The notes: generated from the letters alone by a model not told the origin. A stretch of DNA of 64,000 nucleotides from Macrostomum lignano (GCA_002269645.1 NIVC01000991.1:1-64000); one strand, 5' to 3'; shown: positions 21,120-32,711, numbered from the stretch's first letter. A program made the numbers and translations.

Positions 21120-24100
21120 TCAATAGGTCAGATTGGGCAATAGGCGCCACACTGTAATCAGCCTTTTCAGATAGCACGAGCATCTGTTCGGGGGCTTGAT
21201 CTGACTACGAGTGTTGTACCTCTTCTCGGGCCTAGCCGCCTCTTCGGTAATCTCGTTTGCCTCTTGCTCAGTTTCGAGCTCTTCTCTTTCTTCCTCTTGC
21301 ATTGGCTCTGCTTCCTCTACCTCACTGCCTTCTTCCTCAAAGATCTCACTATCAGACTCACTTGATGCTTCATCCTCGCTTTCTCTTTCTGACTCTGAGT
21401 TATCATTGTCTCGGAGATTGCATTGCCAATTCAGGCGGTCTTCATCTTCTGACTCTTCAACTTCTTCTATCTCTTCCCTCCGGGGGTGGCTTCCCTTAGC
21501 TTGTGCTTCTGCGGTGCCGCGCTGGCTTCCCTTAACTTTAGGCTCTCTCGTAGCTTTATCTGACTGACTGGCGGCAATCTCTTTAGCTGAATTTGGTACT
21601 ACTGCTAAATTATCTCTATGCACTAACAGCTCCTTTCCTATTAACTTTCCTTCTTCCTCCTTCTGTACTTTAAATACTACCTCTGAGATCTGCTTTAGTA
21701 CTCGATATGCTGATCTTCGCTGTCTATGGAATTTATGCGACTCCTCGTTATCTAGCTGCGGGTTATTAATAAGCACTAAACTTCCTAACGGTACTTCTTT
21801 TGGCTGTTTGCTAGTTTCAGCGGCGGTCTGTCTTTGGTTTATCACCTTCTCCAATTTCTCTTTTACGAGTTTCTGTGCGACAATTAGTCTTTCGGCATGT
21901 TCGGCAACATAGGATGGATAGCCTGCGTAGTGCTTTGGGTCCTTGATCTGATTGTCCATAGGTAACACAGCTTCCCTTCCAAATAACAGGAAATGGGGTG
22001 TGAAACCTGTTGTCTGATTGACACTGGTTCGGACAGCAACTAGCGCAGCTGGAATCATCAGATCCCAGTTATTGTGGTCTTTCTTGATAAGGCAGGTAAT
22101 AATAGACTTTATCTGTTTATTGAACCTCTCTACCAAGCCGTTGCTCTGGGCATGATAGGGGGTAGTGAATGTCTGTTTGACATTATAGAGTTCACAGAAA
22201 GCCTTGAACTGTCTGCTGGAGAATGTTTTACCATTATCAGTATGAATCCAGTGGCACTGTCCGTACTCACTGAAGATTCTCTCCTGCAGGATTTTAATGA
22301 CAGTGTCTGATTTCTGGTTGCGGATTGGGAAGGCAAAGGGGTATCGCGTGGTGCTATCAACCACTGTGAGCACATATCGATGCCCTCTTCTACTCTGCTT
22401 GGATATTGGCCCGATTATGTCAATATGGAGGCGGTGAAATGGCTCGCTAATAGGGAAGGATTGGATGGGGGCTTGGACCTTATGTCCTCGTTTGCTTTCC
22501 AGGCAGGGTATACATTCAGAGATGTACTTCTCAACTGCCGTGGTCAGACCGGGTCTCCAAAATCTCTCACGGACTTTCTGGATGGTCTTGTCTCTGCCTA
22601 AGTGTCCAGCTAGTGGGCTATCGTGGAGATCGCCAAGAACTAGTCTGTCTAATGACTCTGGCAAGACAACCTTCCATTTTTCGTCCTCTTTCACGATTAA
22701 CAATTCGTTTTCGATTCTCATAGCCTCGTAGGCTTTGCACATTTGCTTTAGCAGCGGGGGGTCGGTTCTCTGGGGCACTGGGATTTCAACTTTCGCACAT
22801 TTCCATTGCACGAGGGTTCGGATCGAGGGGTCCTCTCTCTGGGCTTCAACGATTTGGTCACGCTTCAGGGGGACTGGGAGGTAGTCAGTCAAGAGCTTAT
22901 CGACTCTTCGCACCTCGCTCTCTTGTTCGTGTTTGGGCATTACAGGGATTTGGCTCGATTGCGCAAGGCTCAAGCTCAGTGGCTCCAAATTGTTGTCCTG
23001 AACACGTTTACAAGGGGCAGAGGGCTGGGGGACTGAATGGCACGGGGGCTGGGCGGCTAAATGGTTCAGCGAGAGGGGAGTTGGGGCAGGGCAATCGGGT
23101 ATTGAGTCCTCCACTGGCGGCTGGGCCTGGCTTGTACAGCTGTCCTCTGCCTTTGCCTTCTGACTCAGTTCGGCCAATTCGGCTCTGTTGGGGAAGGGAA
23201 ATTCTGGGTTGGCATTATCGCCTTGAATCACCAATTCAGTGTTTGATTTATCACTCTGGCCTGTTTCGGCTGTCTCAGCGGGTCTCCTGGACAAGCTGTC
23301 CGCGTTGGTATGCTTGGCGCCACTTCTGTGTTCAATGTCAAATTGGAACTCAGTCAGGCGCTCAATCCAACGTCCTAAGATACCCTGGGCTTCAGTCTGC
23401 CGTAGCAACCACAGGATTGCTTTATGGTCAGTTCGGGCAAGAAATCTTTTTCCGATCAAATAGAAACGAAAGTGTCTCATAGCGTCTACTAGTGCTAACA
23501 ACTCTTTTCGAGTGATAGGGTAGCGCTTTTCCGACTCTTTCATTGCGCGGCTAAAATACGCAATAGGCCTTTCGATACCATCGGACTGGATCTGGCCTAA
23601 ACAGGCCCCAATCCGTCCTTCACTGGCATCGGTATCCAGAATCATTTTGACATTTTCGTCATCTACGAATTCAGGATACGCAAGCACCTCTGTTGACATC
23701 ATGCGCTGTTTTAATGATTCAAAAGCCTTATCATGCACATCTGTCCACTTTGCTGAGAAATTTTGCACTCCCTTTCGGGTGAGCTGGAACAGTGGGTGCG
23801 CGGCTTCAGCATAGTTTTTTACGAATCGACTGTAATAATTACAAAGTCCTAGAAAGCTACGCAGCTCTTTCACCTCTTTCGGTTTGGGCCAGCTTTTGAT
23901 CGCTTCGATCTTTGCTTCGTCAGTTCGAATACCATCTCTACCTATCACGTGGCCTAAATATTTTAGCTCTCTATGGAACAAATTGCACTTTTTCGCTCTA
24001 AGCTTTAATCCGGCATTGATTAGTCTCTGGAAAACTTCTTTCAAATGAGACAAATGGTCTTCGAACTGCTTTGAATAAGTGACAATATCGTCAATGTAGG

Positions 24101-25931
24101 ACATAGCAAACTTGTGCTGAATTCCAGCAAGTACTGAGTTCATTAGCCTCTGAAAGGTACCGGGGGCATTGGATAATCCCTGTGCCATCACCTGGTACTC
24201 GAACTGTCCTCTAGTCAGGGTGGAGAAAGCTGTCATGAACTTATGTTCTTCCTTAATTGGGACCTGCCAATAGCCTGAGTTAAGATCGAGGCTACTGAAG
24301 AATTGGCTTCCTGTGAGATTAGAGAAGGTTTCTTGGATATTGGGAGAGGGGTAGGGGAAATAGTTCACTCGCGAGTTTAACACTCGGAAATCGCTGACAA
24401 TGCGAATGGTGCCATCTTTCTTTGGCACGATGACCAATGGGGTGGAATAGATGGAATAGCAGGGACGGATGAGATTTTTCGCTAGCATATCGTCTAGCTG
24501 GGCGTCAACCTGCTTTTGGAGATGGGGAGGAATTCGGCGGGTAGGGATTCTCACAGGGGTCTCGTCTTTCAAAGAAATTTCGTGGGTCACTAAATGAGTT
24601 AGCCCCATATCGAGGTCATTTTGAGAGAAAGCTTCTCGGTGTTCTTTTACTAATGCTACTACTGCTGCTCTCTGTTCAGTAGTCAATTCAGGACCAATGC
24701 TAATTTCACTCACCCACTCTTCTTCAGTGGCTTGAACTTGATTGACACGGGCTGAGTCTTGTACTTCTGCTGCTGCTTGCTGATCTGATGTCGGCGGCGG
24801 CAAATAGAGCAGATCCTTGGCCTTCACGGGCTTAGCGAGCCCTACCAGTGCAGATTTGGGCAACTTGACTTCAACGGGGTGCCGATTCACAATTTCGACG
24901 ACTGCGGTGCCCTGCTGCATGGTGACCAGAGTCGGGATCATTTCGATCGTTAGCTCTTTGGCTCTTACGCCATCACCAATTGTTTCTATGGTCATTGGAG
25001 CGCCATAGTTAGCTTCGGCATTCTTCGCCAGTCTAACTGGAATGCGCAGTGCGCTGTTCGCAGGGATAGTTGCTTTTTCTTGAGTGTACACTCTGCAGAC
25101 TCGTACAGGCATGTGCGTGTACTGCATAGGTATACAGGCTCCTTCTTTCAGGATCAGCATCCCTTTTGTCAAGTGAATGCTTTCGCACTGCTCAAGAAAG
25201 AACTCCATTCCCAAAATGTTGTCACATTCGTGGCCACACAATAGGAATGTTATTTCAATTCGAATGTCTCCAAACTCAACAGCAACGGAAATTTCTCCTT
25301 CTAGCTGTACTGTGGCTCCGTCAAAAGTAGATACTCTTCTACTTGTACTTTTAATTTGCTCAGGCTTGAAAATTTTAGACCAGACTGACTTACTCAGGAA
25401 ATTATTGCTAGCTCCAGTATCTAGCAGGAAGTCAATCTCTTGGCGATTGATGTTGCCTACTACGATTGCTTCGTAGCTCTTGGGGCTGATTAGCTCGAGT
25501 TTGGCATTGGCTGGAGTCTTCTTGGATTTGCGGCGGCGGCTTCGACGCGACTTCTTGGGCTTGACTGTCATCGGCGTGATGACTGAGGTCTCGGCGGTTG
25601 ACACATTGGGCGAAGTAAGCAATTGGGATGCTGCGGCGGCAGATGCGGGTGCTGCAGCAGCGGGTGCTGATACTGTAGACATAGATGATGCAGGCATAGT
25701 AGACGCAGTTGGTGCAGACATAGTGGACGCAGTTGGTGCATTTCGCATAGATACAGGGTGCATTTTCGCATTGGGTGCATAAGCATTTCGCTTGCGCCTT
25801 TTTACAAGTTGCCATCCTCCGTTTGCTGTATCGCAAGCGGGTTGGCGGGGAATTTGGGAGGCCTGCTTTTCGCTTGGGGCTCTGCTTGAGGGACGTGGCC
25901 TCGACTTCCGACCCTCGCCATTCAGTTTCCC
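21120..25931 (-). CDS. pol: Pol polyprotein, copy 2 (intact)
   Basis: All PR/RT/RH/IN motifs retained, with a few substitutions versus copy 1 (e.g. YPSP vs YPLP, MNSV vs MNLV). Confidence 0.96.
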   Translation of the reverse strand, partial: GKLNGEGRKSRPRPSSRAPSEKQASQIPRQPACDTANGGWQLVKRRKRNAYAPNAKMHPVSMRNAPTASTMSAPTASTMPASSMSTVSAPAAAAPASAAAASQLLTSPNVSTAETSVITPMTVKPKKSRRSRRRKSKKTPANAKLELISPKSYEAIVVGNINRQEIDFLLDTGASNNFLSKSVWSKIFKPEQIKSTSRRVSTFDGATVQLEGEISVAVEFGDIRIEITFLLCGHECDNILGMEFFLEQCESIHLTKGMLILKEGACIPMQYTHMPVRVCRVYTQEKATIPANSALRIPVRLAKNAEANYGAPMTIETIGDGVRAKELTIEMIPTLVTMQQGTAVVEIVNRHPVEVKLPKSALVGLAKPVKAKDLLYLPPPTSDQQAAAEVQDSARVNQVQATEEEWVSEISIGPELTTEQRAAVVALVKEHREAFSQNDLDMGLTHLVTHEISLKDETPVRIPTRRIPPHLQKQVDAQLDDMLAKNLIRPCYSIYSTPLVIVPKKDGTIRIVSDFRVLNSRVNYFPYPSPNIQETFSNLTGSQFFSSLDLNSGYWQVPIKEEHKFMTAFSTLTRGQFEYQVMAQGLSNAPGTFQRLMNSVLAGIQHKFAMSYIDDIVTYSKQFEDHLSHLKEVFQRLINAGLKLRAKKCNLFHRELKYLGHVIGRDGIRTDEAKIEAIKSWPKPKEVKELRSFLGLCNYYSRFVKNYAEAAHPLFQLTRKGVQNFSAKWTDVHDKAFESLKQRMMSTEVLAYPEFVDDENVKMILDTDASEGRIGACLGQIQSDGIERPIAYFSRAMKESEKRYPITRKELLALVDAMRHFRFYLIGKRFLARTDHKAILWLLRQTEAQGILGRWIERLTEFQFDIEHRSGAKHTNADSLSRRPAETAETGQSDKSNTELVIQGDNANPEFPFPNRAELAELSQKAKAEDSCTSQAQPPVEDSIPDCPAPTPLSLNHLAAQPPCHSVPQPSAPCKRVQDNNLEPLSLSLAQSSQIPVMPKHEQESEVRRVDKLLTDYLPVPLKRDQIVEAQREDPSIRTLVQWKCAKVEIPVPQRTDPPLLKQMCKAYEAMRIENELLIVKEDEKWKVVLPESLDRLVLGDLHDSPLAGHLGRDKTIQKVRERFWRPGLTTAVEKYISECIPCLESKRGHKVQAPIQSFPISEPFHRLHIDIIGPISKQSRRGHRYVLTVVDSTTRYPFAFPIRNQKSDTVIKILQERIFSEYGQCHWIHTDNGKTFSSRQFKAFCELYNVKQTFTTPYHAQSNGLVERFNKQIKSIITCLIKKDHNNWDLMIPAALVAVRTSVNQTTGFTPHFLLFGREAVLPMDNQIKDPKHYAGYPSYVAEHAERLIVAQKLVKEKLEKVINQRQTAAETSKQPKEVPLGSLVLINNPQLDNEESHKFHRQRRSAYRVLKQISEVVFKVQKEEEGKLIGKELLVHRDNLAVVPNSAKEIAASQSDKATREPKVKGSQRGTAEAQAKGSHPRREEIEEVEESEDEDRLNWQCNLRDNDNSESERESEDEASSESDSEIFEEEGSEVEEAEPMQEEEREELETEQEANEITEEAARPEKRYNTRSQIKPPNRCSCYLKRLITVWRLLPNLTY

Positions 25932-26887
25932 TGATTCGGGTTTCTTGGCGGAAATCGGTGCTGGTTGGGTCTAGCCAACTGGGGCTGAGACTGCGCTGGG
26001 AACCTGGGGTGCTGGTTCATTAGCGGGGGTGGCCGTGGCTGATACGCCCTTGGCTGATAGCGCACATGCTGGGGCTGAGAAGCCATTTGCTGATAGCGTA
26101 CAGGCTGAGGCTGTACTACAGCAGGCTGATAGTGCATTGGCTGAGTAGCCATTGGCTGGTACACCTGCACCTTCTCTTTGCGGCTCTCCGCCTGTAGCTC
26201 CTGAATGAGTTTTCGCTGTTTTTCCAGCTCCTCTTTCTGCTTCTTGACAATTTCTGTCAGACTCTCCTTCTCTCCTTCTTCATCTTTCATCACTCTTACT
26301 CCGTTCTTGTGAGACATGTGCCAAGCAGCTTCGATGCGCCTCAACATGCGTCTAGCTTCCTGCAGGCTAGCTGGCTGCGCAAAGATCAGCTTCTCCCTTG
26401 TATCTGGGGGGATTCTGACACCTTTTATGAATTGTTCTACCACCTCCTCTTCTCGTTGCTCGGCATTCATGTTTGGGAATGCTCGGCTTGACAGCTCTAT
26501 CAGGGCATCCGCGAACATGTCGGTCGCCTCATTTCTTCCCTGCATCCTTCCCCTAAATTCTTCACGGAACTCGGAAGCACTTCCTAGCCTACCAAATCTT
26601 TCTACAAGCCTATCCTTGAACTCCTCGTAGGTCAGCTCTTCTGGCAAATTCAATCGCTGAACTGCAGCGAAAGCAGTGGACAAGTCCAAATTAGCTACTA
26701 ACTCAGTTTTCCTATTGGCTACGTCTATTCCTTCGGCGTCACATCGCTGATCAAAGGCTACCAGCCAGATTCGGATGTCTTGGCTGGGGGTATACTTCTG
26801 AATTTTAATATGTCTCATGGGCCCTAGTTCTAATCTATTCCTCAACTCTTCTGCTAATAGTCCAATAGCATCGTTGATTGCTGCCAT
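25922..26887 (-). CDS. gag: Gag-like protein, copy 2 (321 aa)
   Basis: Near-identical to 8717-9682; substitutions concentrated in the Q/P tail. Confidence 0.9.
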   Translation of the reverse strand: MAAINDAIGLLAEELRNRLELGPMRHIKIQKYTPSQDIRIWLVAFDQRCDAEGIDVANRKTELVANLDLSTAFAAVQRLNLPEELTYEEFKDRLVERFGRLGSASEFREEFRGRMQGRNEATDMFADALIELSSRAFPNMNAEQREEEVVEQFIKGVRIPPDTREKLIFAQPASLQEARRMLRRIEAAWHMSHKNGVRVMKDEEGEKESLTEIVKKQKEELEKQRKLIQELQAESRKEKVQVYQPMATQPMHYQPAVVQPQPVRYQQMASQPQHVRYQPRAYQPRPPPLMNQHPRFPAQSQPQLARPNQHRFPPRNPNQGN

Positions 26888-26983
26888 GGCTTCCGAGTCT
26901 ATAATTTCTCTTTGTCAATTCGACTTTTTCAGCAATATCGGGTCTTTTCACCGGATCTCGATCCCTTTCCGCTGCCACCAAGT

Positions 26984-27740
26984 TGTCGTAGGGCACTTTT
27001 ATTATTTTTTAAATCCCACCGCTATCGCCAAATTTGTTGCAGGGGTAATTAACTATTATAAACTATTCCACCAATGTCACCAAGTTGTTGTAGGGGGTTT
27101 GGCTATAATTCTAGAATTTTATTATATTAGCTTGTTAAATTCGTTATGAGCTACTAAAATACGGCGTAACTGAGGTAAGATTATGGGCTTTCACGTAAGC
27201 ACGGATTGCCCTGGTAGCGCGCAGTGCCCGAGCGGCAAGACACTGTTTAGCTAGGAAAAAGGGGGGGGGTGACTAAGTCCTCTAGCAGCGTTCTCCAATG
27301 GATCGAGTTTGCCCGGTGAATTTCAGTTTCCTCTTACGGATTTGCTTTTGTCATTTACGACTTTCCATTGGTTGTTCAGTTCGAACAGTTTATTTGGATA
27401 TTTCTCCTCTTTCTATTGGCTGATTACGCCTCTGCTCTTTGCTAGTACGCTATTGGCTCTTCGACAATTCGTCTCTTGCTCTTGGTAATTTCTACCTCTA
27501 GTCCAATGAGCATTCGCTCTTAGTTTTTAGCAAATGAAGGAAGGTTTGGAACGCTTCTTCAATTTTATAGGCAATTCGCCTATGAACCAAAAGATCTAAA
27601 AACTTCGGTTGCCTCTCTGGGCACAAAATTCGCTTCTATTTATACTAAAATTGGGGTGGGGAACAAGACGCGTTTAAACAAAGTTCTAAAAATATACGTT
27701 TCCATAGTAAAGGCGGGAATTTAAAACTTGGCCTCTCTCA
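26984..27740 (-). repeat. 5' LTR of copy 2 (diverged variant, 757 bp)
   Basis: TG...CA termini, PBS at ~26960-26980, many substitutions relative to the other three LTRs. Confidence 0.93.
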
Positions 27741-30347
27741 TTCTACGCGAACGGTCTGGAGAGATGGCGACACCGCATGGAGAAGTGCCTGACCCTGTAG
27801 GGGCACTATGTAGAAAAGTAAATTCCTATTTGAAGTTTGACACTCGTGAGAACAAAATTACGCTCGCATCATTACTTGTTGACTTCCTCTCGTATGTGTA
27901 GCGGCTGTCGTCACAGCGCAGAAAACCGCCACAACGCAGTATATACATTGTAGTTCACGACCAAGATAAAAAGCAGAGGGCCAGTGTGTTGTCCTTGAGT
28001 GCACCAGAGCTCTCGTACTGATTTACTGGTCTGCTGAGCACAAAAGCACATGAAAATACTTACATGTGATGTAACCACGCTCTGGTCGCGGGATAGGGCA
28101 TGGGAACTTTTTCGTAAGTGCCTCCTATCCCGTGTACCCCCCTGCACAGAGCCGTCGAGACTCGGCCAGGTTTCCGACCAGGCCTGGAGACTCCCGCTCT
28201 GCTGCACCCCCTGCTGCCTTGGGTCCGTCTCCCCTGCCGCCACACCTGCCTTTCCGGAGCTCCCTGTCCCTCTCTGTACCCTCCCCTCTACCTTATCTCC
28301 CCTGCACTCCACCCTATTCTTCTTGTACTTTCCCTATCCCCCTCTTTTTGTCTCTCTCTGCACTCTTTTCTTGCGCTGTCCCCTCTTTCTCTACGTCTAC
28401 TTACAGTATGTTGTGTGCTCACCGTCCTCCCGTCCTTTCCCAAACTCCCAAACGGTGACGCAAGTCGTGTGACCCCTTCTTCCCCTCGATGACTCATCGA
28501 TGACTCATCCCCCTCTCTTGCGCAACCTTTTCTCATGCCATTGTTCTCCTCCCCAAATTTCTCATGCGACACCCACCCCACCTCCGCTTCTATTGTTCTC
28601 GTTTTTGATTCTTTTGTTCTCTCGACCCCCACCAATTATCACATTTTCTCCGATTTTCTCTTTCTTTTGTTCTCGTTTTCGCACCTAATTATCACCTTTT
28701 CTCCAATGTTTACTTTTCCATTGTTCTTGATTCTCCTCAATTATCCCCGTTTTCCAATTCCTTTGTTCTCGACCCCGGCCCCATTGTTCTCAATGTTTGC
28801 TTGCGCAACACTTTCGGCAAGTAGGAATGACAGTAGGAAGGTTGCACCCCATGCTGACGCGTCCCTTCGCCCTGAGCAATCTAAACTGTAGACAGTACAT
28901 GTTCGCCTCATACTACTCTTAGTAATCAAGGTCGTAAGTCAGCCTCGCTCACAGCCACAAAGGATCCCCTGCTGAGAAATCCTCCAGATTGAGCCCAGAG
29001 TTCCCGATCATGCCCCAAGCAGAGTCCCTGTACTCGGCTGCATGTGTCTCACCTGTTAGCCTAAATCCCCTGGTAACCATCCCAGGCGGGGCTCTAGCCT
29101 CGAGAGGTCTGGTAGAAAGATCCAGGTGCGCCAGGTCACATAAAGTGGTGGCAGCCACTCGGTCATACTATGACCGAGTGACCAACTATTGCACCTTGGC
29201 TACAGGTGGGGTCCATGTGGGTCCTTGGCCCTCTGGTCACAAAGCGCTACCAAAGCTATCAATCATGTGGGCGGGACAGTCTGGTGCTGGAGGTCCGTCA
29301 GGTCATTGCCCGGTCATAGGCAGCCTACGGTCATTGCCCCCTCTAGTCATGCGTTCGTCTCTCTACGGAGCGGACAGGCGACAAGGGCGGTTACATCACA
29401 TGCATATAGGACGCGAGTTACAGATGTCGTACCTTCTAACTCGGACAGTAATGCAAATCCAATTTTGCTTTACCGCTTTGCAGACGCTTTGACGCTTTGT
29501 ACCAACATCTAGCGAAGATGGCACAAATTCCACTAGCTTACATGTGATTGTACTTGTATGCGAACGAATCTAATTAAAGTAGTATCTGAAGCACGTATTT
29601 TTATTTATATTTGAACAACTTTGCTATATTTTTCTTCAATCAAAGAAGGTAAAGTGCAAGTCTACAGTTAATTGTTACTCATACTAATGCAGCAACAAAA
29701 ATGGAAGGCGCGTGTACATGTGGATATATTGAATGTGTCTATATCGGCAGATAGGCTAGTATACGTCGTACATGTACGTATCATTGGCCCAAAGAGTGGT
29801 GAGAAATTGTCAGCTGAGCACAGAGATTCAAGTGGGCACCTCCGAGGCGTAGCTGTAGATCTGCAGTGTTAAAGATTTAATGAAAATCAAAACTCACTGA
29901 TAAGAGTACACACTGATGAAATCCGAAATGCCTGAGTTCCATACTTTTTCTGTCTTTTTTATCAGAATCTATCTAACTCTACCCTACAAATTATTCACTT
30001 AACCTCTCTGACCACAGAAGTTGCAGAGGTCTGCAGACTCCATGGTTACAGTTTAGCTCGTACTCAAATTTGATTCAAACAATCCATAGACGTCTTGAGT
30101 CCCAAGAATGCCTAGAATTACTCGTAATACTGATGCTTCAAATGATATATATGAATTCTAGAAAGTATGAAACCTCAAGGCAGATAAATTCTTCATGACA
30201 TACGCTAGGACACAAAAACTCAGCTACCCTGAAGTTACATTGTTTAGCAATTTGACGATCATTATTCACATCTTTAATGCAGAACAATCCATTACATACA
30301 AACAATGCATTGTCTGTAGGATCGTCAAACAGAAAAACAATGCAAAG

Positions 30348-30437
30348 AATCAGCGGTCCCAGTGCGTGACAACGATTGTCTGGCGAGCGCGGGCGCGAGC
30401 CATAGACAATCGTTGTCACGCACTGGGACCGCTGATT
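30348..30437. repeat. Long perfect inverted repeat (34-bp arms, 22-nt GC-rich centre)
   Basis: AATCAGCGGTCCCAGTGCGTGACAACGATTGTCT and its exact reverse complement. Confidence 0.9.
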
Positions 30438-30539
30438 ATATTTATCCATTGTACCATGACCTTTCTGCCCGCTGGGCACTTATTCTTGCCTTTTAATTCC
30501 ATGGACTACATTTAAGCCCGCTTGCAGGAAAGAAATATC

Positions 30540-30639
30540 AAAATTAGCGGGCAGTTAATGACATTTAACGCCCGATTGTCTATGTCAAACTTACTTTAAT
30601 GCAAATTAGCGGACAGTTAATGACATTTGACGCCCGATT
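30540..30639. repeat. Two-copy ~38-bp direct repeat (period 62)
   Basis: CAAATTAGCGG(G/A)CAGTTAATGACATTT(A/G)ACGCCCGATT twice. Confidence 0.8.
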
Positions 30640-32326
30640 ATTCTGTCCCACTTTGTCAAGGACACAAATGTCTATGGCACAATAATAGTAATACACATGC
30701 TTTAAGGGCGTTAATGGGAAATCAGAGGGTGCCGTTAGGTACACCCATAGATAATAAAAACACTTTAGTATCTGTGGGTACACCAAATTTAACAGACGGT
30801 AAGACACTAGTCGCTAAATGATACTCACAAGTATCTCATAAATTTATGTGAAAAAAATTGAAATTGTTAATAAAAAACAGAAAATCTGCTCAATTATCGA
30901 CTTGCTTTGACGTCATCCTAGCAGAGATCAGGGACCACGGTCCCTACCGCGTCCTTCTGGCTCCTTATGTCAGCTCCTCAACAGCTCTTTTGCCAGTCGA
31001 GTATTGCCACCTCGCCCTGTCCACGTCTCATTCTGGCTCAACCTGCTGCGATAGGGTTAGCAGTTCTGATCTCCAGTAGAAATACAAGTCAAGAATTGCG
31101 ACCCACGTAGTTTTACATTTTATTTCTACATGTATTAAACTTCTTTATTACCCGAACGCATTAACGGCAGGTTCATTGTTGAGACAGCCCCTTGAAATCT
31201 AGCACAATATTTTATTACTCATACGCTCGTATCTTGATACCTCGTAGATATATTATACTTTAATCTTTATGAGGGTTAAACCCACTAAATAAAAAACAGT
31301 TATATCAGCAAAAGCGGAAACTTTTCACATGCGTAAGGAGTAGGTAATAATTTTTTACGGAGGTTTTGGTACAATTTCCCCCATTGAGGGTCAATTAGGT
31401 AGTATACGCGTTTTTCTCTGGGGCCTTTGAGTTTGTGTTCTCACTTTCTTAAGATAGATGTCTAGCGGTCTAAGGTTCGTACAGCTCTAATTTCTCCAAT
31501 CAGGCCGTCAGAGAAAACCGTATAAACTGACGGGATCTCCTAGTATCTAAGCTGAGTTCGATTCTTTCTCGGATATGCTCTGCGCAACAATTAAGACAAA
31601 TAATTATATTGAAGACTTGGATTTGTGCCAACTGGATCATCCAGAGACTAATTCAAAGGGAGCAATTTGAGATCGAAAACTGCGCAGGCCAAAAAAACGA
31701 AGCGCCGCTCCAGTTTGAGATGAGCGTCTATTTATACCAATTAGCATTTTTGACCTCCCCCGCCGCCGGTGGGGTGTCTTCGAATGTCTTCGATAGGAGT
31801 CTGTAGGTGGGCCTCACGTTTTCTCCCTCAGGGTGCGCCAGGGTCTGCCGCGTGCCGCGTTGTTCTCTAAGCTGGCCGCTGCTCAGTTTGCTTTTCCCGG
31901 CCGGTTTAGTCGCCATTGTTCCTGCGGTGGGGTGTCGCTACTGACTGGAATGGAAAGGGGCTTTATTAGATTCGGCTATTCAAATTGACTTGACAGTTGA
32001 TTAATTATCTTAAAGCTGCTTCTGTTGGCTGTTCTCATAAGTAACTAGAGGCTCTATTGTGCTTTTCTGCTTCGCCCTTCACTGCGCCTGGGCATTTCAT
32101 AAATTTCTACCTATCTTCTAACTTAGGGTCAAAACTTCAGATTTCTAACTCTTATAGGTAGTCGAATATACTAAAGTTCAATACTTCAATTGAGTCGATA
32201 AACTTCCAATACCACATCAGACCAAAGACAAAAGCTTCAAACAATTTTCAAAAGTTCGGTTAGAAATCGATCATTGTGTGCATAAAAATGATAAGTACAA
32301 CCTCGATAATATAATGTAACGATATA

Positions 32327-32415
32327 TACCGATTTTTTTCGGCAGCAATTGCGTAAGCTGAAGCCGCGTAGCGGCTGAAGCTTAGTAGAGCAATTGCTGC
32401 CGAAAAAAATCGGTA
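32327..32415. repeat. Long hairpin: perfect 26-bp arms plus nested inner stems
   Basis: TACCGATTTTTTTCGGCAGCAATTGC ... GCAATTGCTGCCGAAAAAAATCGGTA, inner TAAGCT/AGCTTA and AGCCGC/GCGGCT. Confidence 0.9.
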
Positions 32416-32510
32416 CATGTCATTATTGTACCCTTTTGACTTCCCTTGTCTATGGCCCAGACATAGTGCGGATGCTGAGTATGAAATGCGATTGTTGCCG
32501 GAATGCGCTT

Positions 32511-32607
32511 TGAAAGGGTTGTAGAGATAATCAATCGTCTATGGCAAATTTAGTTGCTCTCTAAATGAAAGGGTTGTAGAGATAATTAATCGTTTATGGC
32601 AAATTTA
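32511..32607. repeat. Two-copy 42-bp direct repeat upstream of the YR gene
   Basis: TGAAAGGGTTGTAGAGATAAT(C/T)AATCGT(C/T)TATGGCAAATTTA at 32511 and 32566. Confidence 0.8.
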
Positions 32608-32711
32608 AAGGACAGTGAAGACAGCTAGCCTGGCTGCCATGAGTTAATTCTCAAGTTGATTTTGAGCTTGAATTAATTCTCCTATTCGGAGTGCAAATAG
32701 GAAAAGTAGCT

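Larger units (their letters stand above)
18252..27740 (-). mobile_element. Ty3/Gypsy LTR retrotransposon, copy 2 (chimeric)
   Basis: Same architecture as copy 1. Left flank AACT but right flank TTCT (no TSD); right LTR 26984-27740 differs from the left LTR at more than 20 positions. Confidence 0.95.

Noticed and set aside
27790-27810. TGTAGGGCACT resembling the LTR terminus just right of copy 2
   Set aside because: Only ~10 nt with no PBS-like neighbour; similar words occur in the 23-bp minisatellite, so likely chance.
31455-31570. tRNA-like A-box and B-box fragments (TAGCGGTCTAAGG ... GAGTTCGATTC)
   Set aside because: Spacing ~95 nt, no T8, and no acceptor or T-stem pairing.
31728-31916. 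62-aa ORF MATKPAGKSK... as a first exon
   Set aside because: A possible GTGAG donor exists, but I could not link it to downstream exons or a family.
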